64,000 nucleotides of DNA from Dehalococcoidia bacterium (GTDB taxonomy: Bacteria > Chloroflexota > Dehalococcoidia > Plut-88900): NCBI GenBank assembly GCA_965197645.1, contig OZ240219.1, positions 960,001 through 1,024,000 of the forward strand, written 5' to 3'. Positions within the stretch are counted from its first letter, which is position 1. Every line of letters starts with the position of its first letter. Under the pieces are notes generated by a model. The model worked only from the letters and a program-made list of their open reading frames with translations, was not told where the DNA came from and ran no database searches. Shown in pieces: positions 48,489-58,031 of the stretch. A program made the translations under genes and the position numbers.

Positions 48489-50435
48489 ATGGGCCGATAT
48501 ACGGTTAGACGGATCCTGCTCATTGTTCCCACCCTCTTCGTGGCCTCGCTCTTTCTTGCCCTCATGCTGAGGGTCCTGCCCGGAGATGCCATCGCCGCGG
48601 CCGGCAGCAGCGGGCGAGGCGCGGGTACCGGGGGCGATGAGGTTGGCGCCAGCATCGCCAGGGCCAGGCTGGGCCTGGATAAGCCCTTCTACGTCCAGTA
48701 CATTCGGTGGATCGTGGGGTGGCCCGGGAGGGAAGGGGTGGTCTACCACACCGCCGATGATGGGTCATCGTGGCGCGGCATAGGCGGACAGTCGGTAAAG
48801 CCTATCGCCGAGGCCGAGTTCTTGACTCCCACCCTCGGTTGGGGGCTTAGAGAAAACGTAATCTCCTTTACCAAAGACGGGGGCCGGCAGTGGCTCAACC
48901 AGCACGTAGTAGGCAACAACCTGAACGATCTCTTCATACTGGACGAGAGTAATGTCTGGGTCGTAGGCGATGGCGGGACCCTCTTCCGTACTACCGAGGG
49001 GGGCAAGCGCAAGATGACCGCCGGGGGAGTGGGGCTTGCTACATGGCTGCCCCAGGACAGCGACGCCACTACCAATCTCAGGGGCGTGGCCTTCGTAGAC
49101 CTCGATTACGGGTGGGTAGTCGGCGATGGGGGCACGATCATCCACACCGTCGACGGCGGCGAGACCTGGCAGCCCCAGAGCTCAAACACCGATGTCCGGC
49201 TATCATCGGTAGTCTTTGCCGATGCCAACCGTGGGTGGGCGATAGGAGACGGAGGGACCGTTCTTCGCACCTCGGATGGGGGAGTGAACTGGCAATTACA
49301 CACAGGCCTCTCCGAGAAGAACCTTCACGCTCTGGCCCTGGTCGATACGCGCACTCTCTGGGCCGTGGGAGACGGCGGCGCCGTGCTTCAGACCACGGAT
49401 GGGGGCTCTACATGGGTGCCCAGGACCATCCGGGAAGGCCTTCAGGAGAGTCTCACGGGAGTGGCCTTCGGAGACGTCTCCAACGGGGTGATCGTAAGTG
49501 CCGGGGGTACCGTGTACACCACGATGGACGGCGGTAACACGTGGGCCGAGCAGGAGATCCTCATAACTCGCCAGGAGGAAGATGTCACCATAACCGAAGG
49601 CCCTATCACTACGCCCCTCCAGGACGTGAGCATGGTCGTCAGCGGCACCGGTACAGTCCGCATCTGGGCGCCGGCGGTCGAGACCGACTGGGAATGGGGT
49701 CTGTTGGGTGGAAATCTGGGGGAACGTTTCCGGCCAGCCGGCAGGATGGTCGCCAGCGAGATAAAGAGGACCCTGGGCCCCAGTCTGCAGCTGATGATCA
49801 TGAGTATGATCATTGCCATGGTTGTGGCAGTGCCCATCGGGATCTTATCGGCCATACGTCAGGACACATGGGGCGATTACGCAGGCCGGACCGTGGCGAT
49901 CAGTGGCCTTGCCGTCCCGACTTTCTGGGTCGGGATGATGGTGATACTGCTGCCCAGCTACTATCTCGACTGGGTCCCTCCTCTTATCTACGTTTCCTTC
50001 TTCGACGATCCCGCCGGAAATCTGTATTTCTACATGCTCCCCTCTATAGTAGCCGGCATTCCCATAATGGCGGAGATCATGCGCATGACCCGGAGCATGA
50101 TGCTGGAGGTGCTGCGTCAAGACTACATCCGGACGGCCTATTCGAAAGGGCTCAGAGAGCGGCTCGTGATCTACCGGCACTCCCTGAAGAATGCCATGAT
50201 ACCTGTGGTTACCATGGTGGGGGTCACCGCTGCGTACCAGCTGGGGGGCCTGGTGATCATAGAGCAGATATTCACCATCCCGGGCACGGGCAAGTTGATG
50301 CTGGGCGCCATCGAAAACAGGGACTATCCGATGATACAGGGAGGCGTCCTGTTCCTGGGCTTCGTGGTTATCGTCATGAACCTGGCCGTGGACCTGGTGT
50401 ACACCTGGTTGGACCCGAGGATTCGCTACGAGTGA
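48489..50435 (+). CDS. DppB/OppB-type ABC permease with an inserted BNR/Ycf48-like beta-propeller
   Basis: RRILL..PTL...LPGD, LGLDKP..VQY..W, then 7 T.DGG..W repeats, then LGGNLG..., P.FW, RMTRS.MLEVL.QDYIRTA.SKGL, H.LKNA, LDPRIR. Confidence 0.88.
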   Translation: MGRYTVRRILLIVPTLFVASLFLALMLRVLPGDAIAAAGSSGRGAGTGGDEVGASIARARLGLDKPFYVQYIRWIVGWPGREGVVYHTADDGSSWRGIGGQSVKPIAEAEFLTPTLGWGLRENVISFTKDGGRQWLNQHVVGNNLNDLFILDESNVWVVGDGGTLFRTTEGGKRKMTAGGVGLATWLPQDSDATTNLRGVAFVDLDYGWVVGDGGTIIHTVDGGETWQPQSSNTDVRLSSVVFADANRGWAIGDGGTVLRTSDGGVNWQLHTGLSEKNLHALALVDTRTLWAVGDGGAVLQTTDGGSTWVPRTIREGLQESLTGVAFGDVSNGVIVSAGGTVYTTMDGGNTWAEQEILITRQEEDVTITEGPITTPLQDVSMVVSGTGTVRIWAPAVETDWEWGLLGGNLGERFRPAGRMVASEIKRTLGPSLQLMIMSMIIAMVVAVPIGILSAIRQDTWGDYAGRTVAISGLAVPTFWVGMMVILLPSYYLDWVPPLIYVSFFDDPAGNLYFYMLPSIVAGIPIMAEIMRMTRSMMLEVLRQDYIRTAYSKGLRERLVIYRHSLKNAMIPVVTMVGVTAAYQLGGLVIIEQIFTIPGTGKLMLGAIENRDYPMIQGGVLFLGFVVIVMNLAVDLVYTWLDPRIRYE

Positions 50436-50484
50436 TGACTCTAGCGTTGTCACTGCACTGAAGGAATAGAGTCTCGAGGAAGCG

Positions 50485-51489
50485 ATGAAGAAGCCCGCAG
50501 TCAGGATGACCGAGGTTGAGTGGCGGCTCCCCAGGCGTCGCAACTGGCCCATATGGATCACGGTGTGGGGACGCATGGTCAGGGAGAAGCGTCTGGCCAC
50601 CGTGGGCCTGGCAATCATCGTGGTGTTCTTGCTCGCCGGTATCTTCTCGGGTCTCATTGCCCCCGAGGGTTACGATGAGCAGCACACGGACAGGTTGAGG
50701 GTGGTCGAGGAGGAGGGCATCGAGATCCTGGAGTTGGTGGGCCCCTCCCTCAACCCCTTCCATCCCTTGGGGCTGGACCACCGAGGTCGGGACGTGCTCA
50801 GCCTGATAATTCACGGAGCCCGGATATCGATGTTCGTTGGCCTGGGCACGGCGGTCCTCGGCATCAGCTTGGCCACCGTTGTCGGCATGGTATCGGCGTG
50901 GCTGGGCGGCAAGTACGATACGATCATTCAGAGGGTGGTGGACGGTGTGATGATATTCCCCTGGCTGGTCCTCCTCCTGGTGATCGTCACCACGATTCCC
51001 GCTAAGTCGCCCATAGGATGGGTGGACACGGAGCAGTGGGGGCTGGCGAAGGTGATCTTCACCCTCGGTGTCCTGAATGTAGCGTGGGTGTCCAGGATCA
51101 TAAGGTCCTCGACGCTGGCGGCTAGAGAAAACCAGTATGTGGACGCAGCCCGTGCCCTGGGAGCTCCGGGACATCGCATCATACTTCGACATTTGCTGCC
51201 CAACATCATGGCGCCCATCATCACGATGGCTACTTTATCCCTGGGCTACGCCATCCTGGCAGAGGCGGCGCTGAGCTTTCTGGGCTACGGTATTCCGCCG
51301 CCCAATCCATCCTGGGGCAACATGATGAACTTCGCCGGTGGGTTGTACCTCTTCAGGGCGCCCTGGTTGATCGTAGCGCCGGGCGTGGCCATCAGCCTGG
51401 TGGTCTTCGCCATAAACGTTCTTGGAGACGGCCTGAGAGACCTCCTGGACCCTCGATTGAGGGGCAGTGCAGGCCACATTACGTTGTAG
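50485..51489 (+). CDS. DppC/OppC-type ABC permease
   Basis: HPLG.D..GRD.LS..I.GARIS, YVDAARALGA, RHLLPN, EAALSFLG.G, PSWG, GDGLRDLLDP. Confidence 0.93.
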   Translation: MKKPAVRMTEVEWRLPRRRNWPIWITVWGRMVREKRLATVGLAIIVVFLLAGIFSGLIAPEGYDEQHTDRLRVVEEEGIEILELVGPSLNPFHPLGLDHRGRDVLSLIIHGARISMFVGLGTAVLGISLATVVGMVSAWLGGKYDTIIQRVVDGVMIFPWLVLLLVIVTTIPAKSPIGWVDTEQWGLAKVIFTLGVLNVAWVSRIIRSSTLAARENQYVDAARALGAPGHRIILRHLLPNIMAPIITMATLSLGYAILAEAALSFLGYGIPPPNPSWGNMMNFAGGLYLFRAPWLIVAPGVAISLVVFAINVLGDGLRDLLDPRLRGSAGHITL

Positions 51490-51582
51490 CTAGCAGCGTG
51501 TCTCTGCCTGACCAATACGGTATAGCGAACCTGTACATTGGTGAAGTAAGATGCGTGAAAGCTGGGAGCCGCATGGCGAACG

Positions 51583-52155
51583 TTACGCGGTCGCGCTATT
51601 GGTCGTCCTTTGAAGGTCTTTCACCCACCTCTCGAAAAGAGTGGCTCCTCCTGGGAATCTGATGTTCAATAGCGTACCTACATCAGCACCCGGCATTCCC
51701 TCAGCTGCTGCGACTTCCCGATATTTTGACTCAGTTCGGCTACCAGGGTGAACTATGTAGTTGCGGACGTAAGTGACACGGACGGATGATGAGTTCGCGC
51801 CCAAATGGGGCTCAATCCGATCCATGTTAGTCAAAGTGAGATGCTTGGCTACTCGTACTACGAACTCCGGCTTGTGCCATACAGGATGGATTAGTCCCAT
51901 GTCGCGAGCAATAGACTTGGCAGCTCGATCGACGCAGCGAGCGTTGTTTGATGCAGAGGTGTGAATGAGGTTGTAGCAGAAATCTGCCCATAAGTTTTGC
52001 AATCTCACGACCAAGAGTGCCTGGCCGTCTTGGTGAATCACGGGACAGGTGGAATTAAATGGATGATAGCCTGGTACAGGAACGTCGAAACGCTGAACCA
52101 TGGCGTTCGTGGAATCCACAAAACCCCTGTGCAGTTCAGAAAATGCGGTTGACAT
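51583..52155 (-). CDS. putative HEPN-domain RNase
   Basis: RNYIVH (Rx4H) motif in an all-helical 190-aa protein. Lies 4 bp downstream of the DUF262 gene. Confidence 0.6.
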   Translation of the reverse strand: MSTAFSELHRGFVDSTNAMVQRFDVPVPGYHPFNSTCPVIHQDGQALLVVRLQNLWADFCYNLIHTSASNNARCVDRAAKSIARDMGLIHPVWHKPEFVVRVAKHLTLTNMDRIEPHLGANSSSVRVTYVRNYIVHPGSRTESKYREVAAAEGMPGADVGTLLNIRFPGGATLFERWVKDLQRTTNSATA

Positions 52156-52159
52156 GCCT

Positions 52160-53227
52160 CTATAGTGGGTCGGGGAGAAGCGCCTCGTAGAGCATTACGA
52201 ACCTTATCCCCCTACTTCGTATGCGGTGAGTCGTTCTTGATGAGACTAGCTTAAATTGAACAAATCTCGGGGAGACTTCATTCTCAGGAGCTTCCAACAT
52301 TTCCACCAGGGTCTCCAAGTTTTGGACGGCCATGGATAGGTCGGATAGTGCTCTCCCATCTCTATCGGGCAACGGAGAATCGCCGCCCATGTTGCCCTTA
52401 GGTATGGTAAACAACACATGGGCCACCGCCGCGAACAGCATGAGGAAGTTGGGCGGATTGCCTATTCTCGAGTTCAAGACCTCTGACAGATTGCTAACTA
52501 TGTAATCCATGGTCTTGTCTAGCTTGTCGATGGCGCCGTTGGGGATGCCTTCGTCGTAGTTGTTGTACAACCTGTTTATCGTTGGCTGTCCGCCGTCCTG
52601 GACGCCTTCAAGTATCACACCCATCATCTGCGCCATCAATTCGTCGTCCGCCATGCGAACCCTGGCGCGTACACTTACCACCTTGTATTTATCCCAGAGG
52701 ACGCCCCAACGCTTGGAGGCATCAATCACCGCTCGCCGAAAGACCCCCTTGTATCTTCCGCCTTGGTATTTACCATGCCGCAGTTCCTGTGAATTGAGTG
52801 ACAGGCCGTAGGCGTTCAGCCGGTTGAAGATGTCCAGCACCTTGTCATCTGTGGCTTCGAATAGCTGGACGACGCCGATTTGATAGGCTAGGAGGCGCCT
52901 CTGGTCACACTCGTCGAGGTCGTCGTATTTCATCCCCTCGAACGTGTTGGCGTTCGAACCGAGCCGGCTCCGATTCTCGACGAAATCCCAGATGGTTCTC
53001 AACCTCTGCTGTCCATCGACCACTTCCCGATAAGTGCGCATATCCTTAGGATCGGTAACGCTGCGCATGTAGATGTTTGGGATGGGCAGCCCTTCCAAGA
53101 GAGTGTCGATGAAGTATGACTTGGCAGGTTCAGGCCAGATGCTCCTACGCTGGAACTCCGGATTCAGTACAAGAGTCTTCTCTTTCATCCACTGCACGAG
53201 GTCGGAGATTGGATAAGATTGCAGCAT
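52160..53227 (-). CDS. DUF262 (ParB/Srx-like, GmrSD N-terminal type) protein
   Basis: L.PEFQRR..W, I.T.L.G.PIP, VVDGQQRL, F.RLN..G..L..QE.R. Confidence 0.92.
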   Translation of the reverse strand: MLQSYPISDLVQWMKEKTLVLNPEFQRRSIWPEPAKSYFIDTLLEGLPIPNIYMRSVTDPKDMRTYREVVDGQQRLRTIWDFVENRSRLGSNANTFEGMKYDDLDECDQRRLLAYQIGVVQLFEATDDKVLDIFNRLNAYGLSLNSQELRHGKYQGGRYKGVFRRAVIDASKRWGVLWDKYKVVSVRARVRMADDELMAQMMGVILEGVQDGGQPTINRLYNNYDEGIPNGAIDKLDKTMDYIVSNLSEVLNSRIGNPPNFLMLFAAVAHVLFTIPKGNMGGDSPLPDRDGRALSDLSMAVQNLETLVEMLEAPENEVSPRFVQFKLVSSRTTHRIRSRGIRFVMLYEALLPDPL

Positions 53228-53328
53228 CGCTCTCTAGACCTCCTATATCAACCAACTGACGTCCTAGGTTCAATTCTATCACGACACGGGCGTGTGCTCC
53301 GCAGCGAAAGCTAAGGGGTCATTTCTCC

Positions 53329-53354
53329 AGTCAGATTGAGTCAGGTAGAGTCAG
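53329..53354. repeat. three AGTCAG direct repeats with 10-bp period
   Basis: AGTCAG at 53329, 53339 and 53349, upstream of an extended -10 (TGATAGAAT, minus strand, 53273-53281) of the DUF262 gene. Confidence 0.45.
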
Positions 53355-53509
53355 AGCTGACGCCGAATCCGAGGACTGCTATCGAGGCCCTTCATCGACT
53401 TGGTAACCGTCTGCTCGGCCTTCGTGAACTACTTGGTAGTGAAGAGCAGCGAGGGAAATGACCAGTAACAGCCGTGGAAATGCCAGACCTGAACGCCCCC
53501 ACGCTAAGC

Positions 53510-53950
53510 CTAGTCCCCAAACAGCATTTGGCGCACCTCTTTGGGCGCGTCGCGGGAGACTGCCTCGTGGAACAGGATGATCTTCCACTGGCCGTCGACG
53601 TTCCGGAGAACGAAGGTGTTGTTGTCCCGGAAGCTCATGGCGTTCCCTTCAAACTCGGCCTCGATGGACACGTAGCAGTGAACGAAGGCCGCTTCGCCCA
53701 GCACGTCCGCCACAACGTCGCTCAGCGTCCACTGTGAGCCTGCCATGCCCTCGGTCTGCTCGACGTAGACCTGCCTGATGGCCGTGAAGTCCGCCAGGGC
53801 GTGGCTGAAGTCCGGTGCCATGTACACCGGTTGTTCATAGGACAGGTCCCACAGAGATACCGCCTTTTCTGCATCGCCGGCCGCCATCGCCGCTCTCCAG
53901 TCCTCGATCACCGCCAGGACCCGCTCCTTTTCCCCTTCTGATGCTGCCAT
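53510..53950 (-). CDS. NTF2/SnoaL-like family protein
   Basis: W..AM.AGD......L.D, G..A.V, R.TFVL...DGQWKI..FH. Start MAASEG at 53950. Confidence 0.85.
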   Translation of the reverse strand: MAASEGEKERVLAVIEDWRAAMAAGDAEKAVSLWDLSYEQPVYMAPDFSHALADFTAIRQVYVEQTEGMAGSQWTLSDVVADVLGEAAFVHCYVSIEAEFEGNAMSFRDNNTFVLRNVDGQWKIILFHEAVSRDAPKEVRQMLFGD

Positions 53951-54243
53951 GATTGTCCTCTCAATAGCGCTTGGCGTCCCTGCGCACCGATACATCCGAC
54001 TCGCTCCCTGCACCCCGACCCGTCGGTCCTGAAACGGCGGACCGTTCGCCTTTGGGTTCTCCATTATACCCACGCCTGTTGATATAAGAGCACACGTGTT
54101 CACCGGCCGATTCTCCTGGCATTTGGCGCCGATTTCGCCGATAATACCTCTGGCTACGGAGCCCCCCAGTCCGCTGCGCCTCTATGCAGTCGAGGGGGCC
54201 ATCGACCCAGCAGTCCTACACCAGGCCGGAGGAGTAACGCCAG

Positions 54244-55461
54244 GTGAGCAGCACAAAGGAAAAGTACAGCATCGTTGGTGTGGGTGAGACCGAGTACAGC
54301 CGCGGCTCGGGCAGGACCACTCGCGCACTGGGCGCCGAGGCGATAAGCAACGCCATGACCGACGCCGGGCTAACCTCCCAGGACGTGGACGGCATGTTGA
54401 GCTATCACGGTGGAGACTCCACCCCCTCCACCACCATCATGTACGACCTGGGCATCCGGCCCAACTTCTACATGGACTGCTCCGGCGGAGGCTCCAGCAC
54501 CGAGGCCCTGATTGGACTGGCGATAGGAGCGATAGAGGTCGGTATGTGTCATACCGTCGCCATCTTTCGGGCGATGAACGGCTACTCCCAGGTACGCATT
54601 GGGGGTACCGGCGCGCACGCTGCGGCGCCCGTATCGGGTCCGGGACTGTTCCAGCGGCCCTACGGCCTCGCCAGCGCCATTCAGAGCTTCGCATTTTCGT
54701 TCACTCGACACATGCATGAGTACGGCGTCACCAACGAGGACCTGGCCCACATCAAGGTGGCACATAGCAACCACGCCAGCAACAATCCGAAAGCTCTCAT
54801 GAAGAAGAGGGTCACCGTGGATGACGTGGTCAACTCCCGGTGGATCGTCAAGCCCTGCGCCCATCTCCTCGATTGTTGCCTGGAGACGGACAACGCCACC
54901 TGCATAATCGTGACCTCGGCGGAGCGAGCGCGGGACCTCAAGCAGCCGCCTACCTACATCATGGGAATCCAGGGGCGGGGGGTCAAACCCGGCGGCGATT
55001 TCCACTACCAGAAAGGCCCCATCACCCGGGTCGCCGGCCACTACATCGGGCCGCGGGTGTTCGAGCTGGCCGGCGTTTCTCATGACGACATCTCATTGAC
55101 CGGTTGCTACGATGCCTTTACCTACACCACGCTGCTCCAGTTCGAGGACTACGGATTCTGCAAGAAGGGCGAGGGGAAGGACTACGTCACCAGCGGGATC
55201 ATCGACCTGGGCGGCGGCAGGCCCAACAACACCAGCGGCGGTCACCTCTGTGAGGGGTACACCCATGGCATGAACATGGTCATCGAGAACGTGCGTCAGC
55301 TTCGAGGCACCGTCGACGATTACTGTCCCCAGTGGCAGGAAGGGATCCACACCTACGATTACTCGGAGGGAAAGTGCCGCCAGGTGAAGGATGTGGAGAT
55401 CACGATGAACATGGGTTGGGGCACGCCGGCCGTCGGCAGCGCCATGATAATGAGGAGATGA
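54244..55461 (+). CDS. SCPx-type thiolase-fold protein (Ltp2-like aldolase candidate)
   Basis: IVGVGET, N..NPKA, LLDCCLETD, YDAFT, EDYGFC.KGEG, NTSGGHL.EGY.HG. Confidence 0.85.
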   Translation: MSSTKEKYSIVGVGETEYSRGSGRTTRALGAEAISNAMTDAGLTSQDVDGMLSYHGGDSTPSTTIMYDLGIRPNFYMDCSGGGSSTEALIGLAIGAIEVGMCHTVAIFRAMNGYSQVRIGGTGAHAAAPVSGPGLFQRPYGLASAIQSFAFSFTRHMHEYGVTNEDLAHIKVAHSNHASNNPKALMKKRVTVDDVVNSRWIVKPCAHLLDCCLETDNATCIIVTSAERARDLKQPPTYIMGIQGRGVKPGGDFHYQKGPITRVAGHYIGPRVFELAGVSHDDISLTGCYDAFTYTTLLQFEDYGFCKKGEGKDYVTSGIIDLGGGRPNNTSGGHLCEGYTHGMNMVIENVRQLRGTVDDYCPQWQEGIHTYDYSEGKCRQVKDVEITMNMGWGTPAVGSAMIMRR

Positions 55462-55465
55462 GCCG

Positions 55466-55939
55466 ATGCCGGTCTACGAATACCGGGGGCTGAACATCAG
55501 CATACCGGAAACCGATACCGAGTACGGTGGCTACTTCGAGGCGGCGAAGGAGCATCGCCTGGCAGTGAAAGCCTGCCTCGACTGCGACCTGATGCGAGGT
55601 GAGCCGGGACCGGGATGCCCGTGGTGCCGGTCGCTCCGGTGGGAGTGGCGTCGGGTAAGCGGTATTGGTAGAATATACAGCTACCAGATCGTGGAGCACA
55701 GTGTGCTGCCCGGCTTCCGCGACTGGACACCCTATCCCGCCATCCTGGTGGAGCTGGACGAGCAGCGAGGGCACCCGACCGAGGACGACGGCCTTCGCAT
55801 CATCGCCAACCTGCTGGATGAGAGTATGGCCCCCGAGAGGGAGGAGAACGTGGCCATAGGGAGCAGGGTGGAGGTGGTCTTTCAGGACCTGGAGAGCGGT
55901 CTGACCTTGCCTCAGTTCAAGCTCTCCGCCGAACCCTAA
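55466..55939 (+). CDS. DUF35 Zn-ribbon/OB-fold protein
   Basis: C..C...C..C ribbon, SG.G.IYSY, VELDEQ, IG.RVEVVF. Coupled to the thiolase-like gene. Confidence 0.9.
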   Translation: MPVYEYRGLNISIPETDTEYGGYFEAAKEHRLAVKACLDCDLMRGEPGPGCPWCRSLRWEWRRVSGIGRIYSYQIVEHSVLPGFRDWTPYPAILVELDEQRGHPTEDDGLRIIANLLDESMAPEREENVAIGSRVEVVFQDLESGLTLPQFKLSAEP

Positions 55940-56135
55940 CAATGTCCAAGGGGAACGGCGCCTAAGGATGTAATCAGGGGCGTTACTGCCCAATCTAATC
56001 AACGCCAGCTCGCATCGTGGTATAGGTGGTGCCCGATGCAACGAGCAGTCTCATCGACTTGGCGGGAGCCAGGCCGTCATCACACGAGCCTGGTTCCAGG
56101 CGATGAGATGCGTTTCGCTGAGGAGGAGTAGGGGA

Positions 56136-57299
56136 ATGCGTATCGGATTTATGTGTCACGCCAGCTTCGGCGGCAGCGCGCGCGTCGCCATCGACCTGGC
56201 CGTGGCGTTGGCCCGACGTGGGCACAGAGTTCACGTGTTTACGGGGCCCGGTCCCTTGGTAGACGGGCGTCGGGAGCCGAACATGGTGTTTCACACCGTG
56301 GCGCAGGACGGGTCGGACCGCCTCCATCCTACGACGCTCCATACCCGTTGGTCGGACGAGGACTTTCAGAGGTACACCACGCGAATATTGCAGGTCATAG
56401 CCACTGAGGGACTGGACGTGCTCCACTTCCACTACGCCGTTCCCTTCGCATTTGTGGCGCGAACGTTGCGGGACGTACTCGCCGGTGGGGCGCCGCTGCT
56501 GATAGGAACCCTGCACGGCACCGACGTGACCAACTTCGGCAGGGACCCGGTCATGGGGCCACAGCTATCCGAAGCCCTGCAGGCCAACGACGTGCTGACT
56601 ACCGTATCCAACAGTCACGCCCGGCTGTCGGCCCAGGTGCTTGGCCTGCCCAGCTACCCTCAAGTGATCCCCAACTTCATCGACGTGCAGCGATTCCGAC
56701 CGGATGACAGGCAGTCCTTCCCGAGCGGACGCCGGCCTCGAATCGCGCACATCTCCAACTTCAGGCCCGTCAAGGATGCCCGGAGCATGGCGCGCATCTT
56801 CCTAGGTATCCGCACTCGCTTGGATGCCGAGCTGTGGCTCATAGGCAGTGGTGAAGAGATGGGCGCCGTGCGGTCGATTTTCGATAGCAGCACCTTCGCC
56901 GGCGACGTGATCTACATGGGCCTGCAAAATGACGTAGCGCCCCTGCTGAGGCAGGTGGACCTCCTGCTCGTGACCAGCCGCCACGAAAGCTTCAGCCTGG
57001 TAGCCCTGGAAGCCATGGCCACCGGCGTGCCCGTGTTGGCTACGGAGGTGGGTGGGTTGCCGGAGGTGGTCCTGCACGGCCGTACCGGCATGCTGTTCCC
57101 CCCGCGCGATCACGCGCTGGCCGTGGACATGGCCGTGGATTTGCTGTCCGACCCGGAGAGGCGCAGGAATATGCGGGAGTCCGCAGTGCGACACGCCCGC
57201 CAGTTCACAGTCGAGCGGGCTGTACGATCCTACGAAGAGATCTACCAGCACGGGGCCCCGACGCCGACCATGGACCCGGTCTCTACCTTTGGCGGGTAG
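56136..57299 (+). CDS. bshA: BshA-like GT4 glycosyltransferase (GlcNAc-malate synthase family, divergent)
   Basis: IG..C...FGGS..VA..LA..LA.RGH, H.HYA.P, TLHGTD.T, HISNFRPVK, ESF.LVALEAM. Confidence 0.82.
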   Translation: MRIGFMCHASFGGSARVAIDLAVALARRGHRVHVFTGPGPLVDGRREPNMVFHTVAQDGSDRLHPTTLHTRWSDEDFQRYTTRILQVIATEGLDVLHFHYAVPFAFVARTLRDVLAGGAPLLIGTLHGTDVTNFGRDPVMGPQLSEALQANDVLTTVSNSHARLSAQVLGLPSYPQVIPNFIDVQRFRPDDRQSFPSGRRPRIAHISNFRPVKDARSMARIFLGIRTRLDAELWLIGSGEEMGAVRSIFDSSTFAGDVIYMGLQNDVAPLLRQVDLLLVTSRHESFSLVALEAMATGVPVLATEVGGLPEVVLHGRTGMLFPPRDHALAVDMAVDLLSDPERRRNMRESAVRHARQFTVERAVRSYEEIYQHGAPTPTMDPVSTFGG

Positions 57300-57308
57300 G
57301 ACCCGGGA

Positions 57309-58031
57309 TCACGACAGAGGGTTGTCCTCGTTTCGCAGCCCTGGGAAGTCCAAAGCCCCCAACGGCGATGCATCCAGGAACGGCTCACCGTAGGCCGCCT
57401 GGATTTGCCACCCGTACCAGATAGCCCTCGCCTCCAGCGCGCGCAGGAAGCCGGGAGTGGTCAGACTCCCGCCGGCGTCACTGGTTGGCGAGCCAAACTG
57501 GCTCCCGTATGCCCACACCGTCTCCATTCGGCGCTCCCATACGGACGAGACGTCCATGATGAAGGACGGGGCTATGGGTAGACGGAGCATGTAGTGGACC
57601 AGCCGCTCCGGGCGATGAGGCTCTCCGTCCCCATACTTGCGAATGCCGGAGAGGTGGCACGCCTCCTGCACCAGCCTGCCGGCCCGAGCGTGGTCGGGGT
57701 GGCGGTCCTCCCAGTAGGGCGCTATCACGATGCGGGGCCTGGTCTCGCGAATAATATCGATGACCGGAAGACGGTGGTCGGGGTGGGTGCCGACGAGGCC
57801 GTCGGGTATGCCGGCGTTCAACCGGACCTTGATGCCCAGAAGCTCGGTGGCCTTGGCCTTCTCTTTAAGCCGCAGCTCAGGGTTGCCTCGACTCGACTTT
57901 TCTCCCTCCGTCAAGTCCGCCAACCCCACGCGCCAGCCTCTGTCCGAGGCCAGGATGAGGCTTCCGCTGCAGGCCAGCTCCACGTCATCGGGATGGGGTG
58001 CAAACGCCAACACGTCCAGGGGTTCGTCCAT
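57309..58031 (-). CDS. bshB1: bacillithiol biosynthesis deacetylase BshB1 (PIG-L family)
   Basis: LDVLAFAPHPDDVEL, DLTEGE.SSRG, IRE.RP, DRHPDH, AY.SQF, YGEPF. Start MDEPLD at 58031. Confidence 0.88.
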   Translation of the reverse strand: MDEPLDVLAFAPHPDDVELACSGSLILASDRGWRVGLADLTEGEKSSRGNPELRLKEKAKATELLGIKVRLNAGIPDGLVGTHPDHRLPVIDIIRETRPRIVIAPYWEDRHPDHARAGRLVQEACHLSGIRKYGDGEPHRPERLVHYMLRLPIAPSFIMDVSSVWERRMETVWAYGSQFGSPTSDAGGSLTTPGFLRALEARAIWYGWQIQAAYGEPFLDASPLGALDFPGLRNEDNPLS

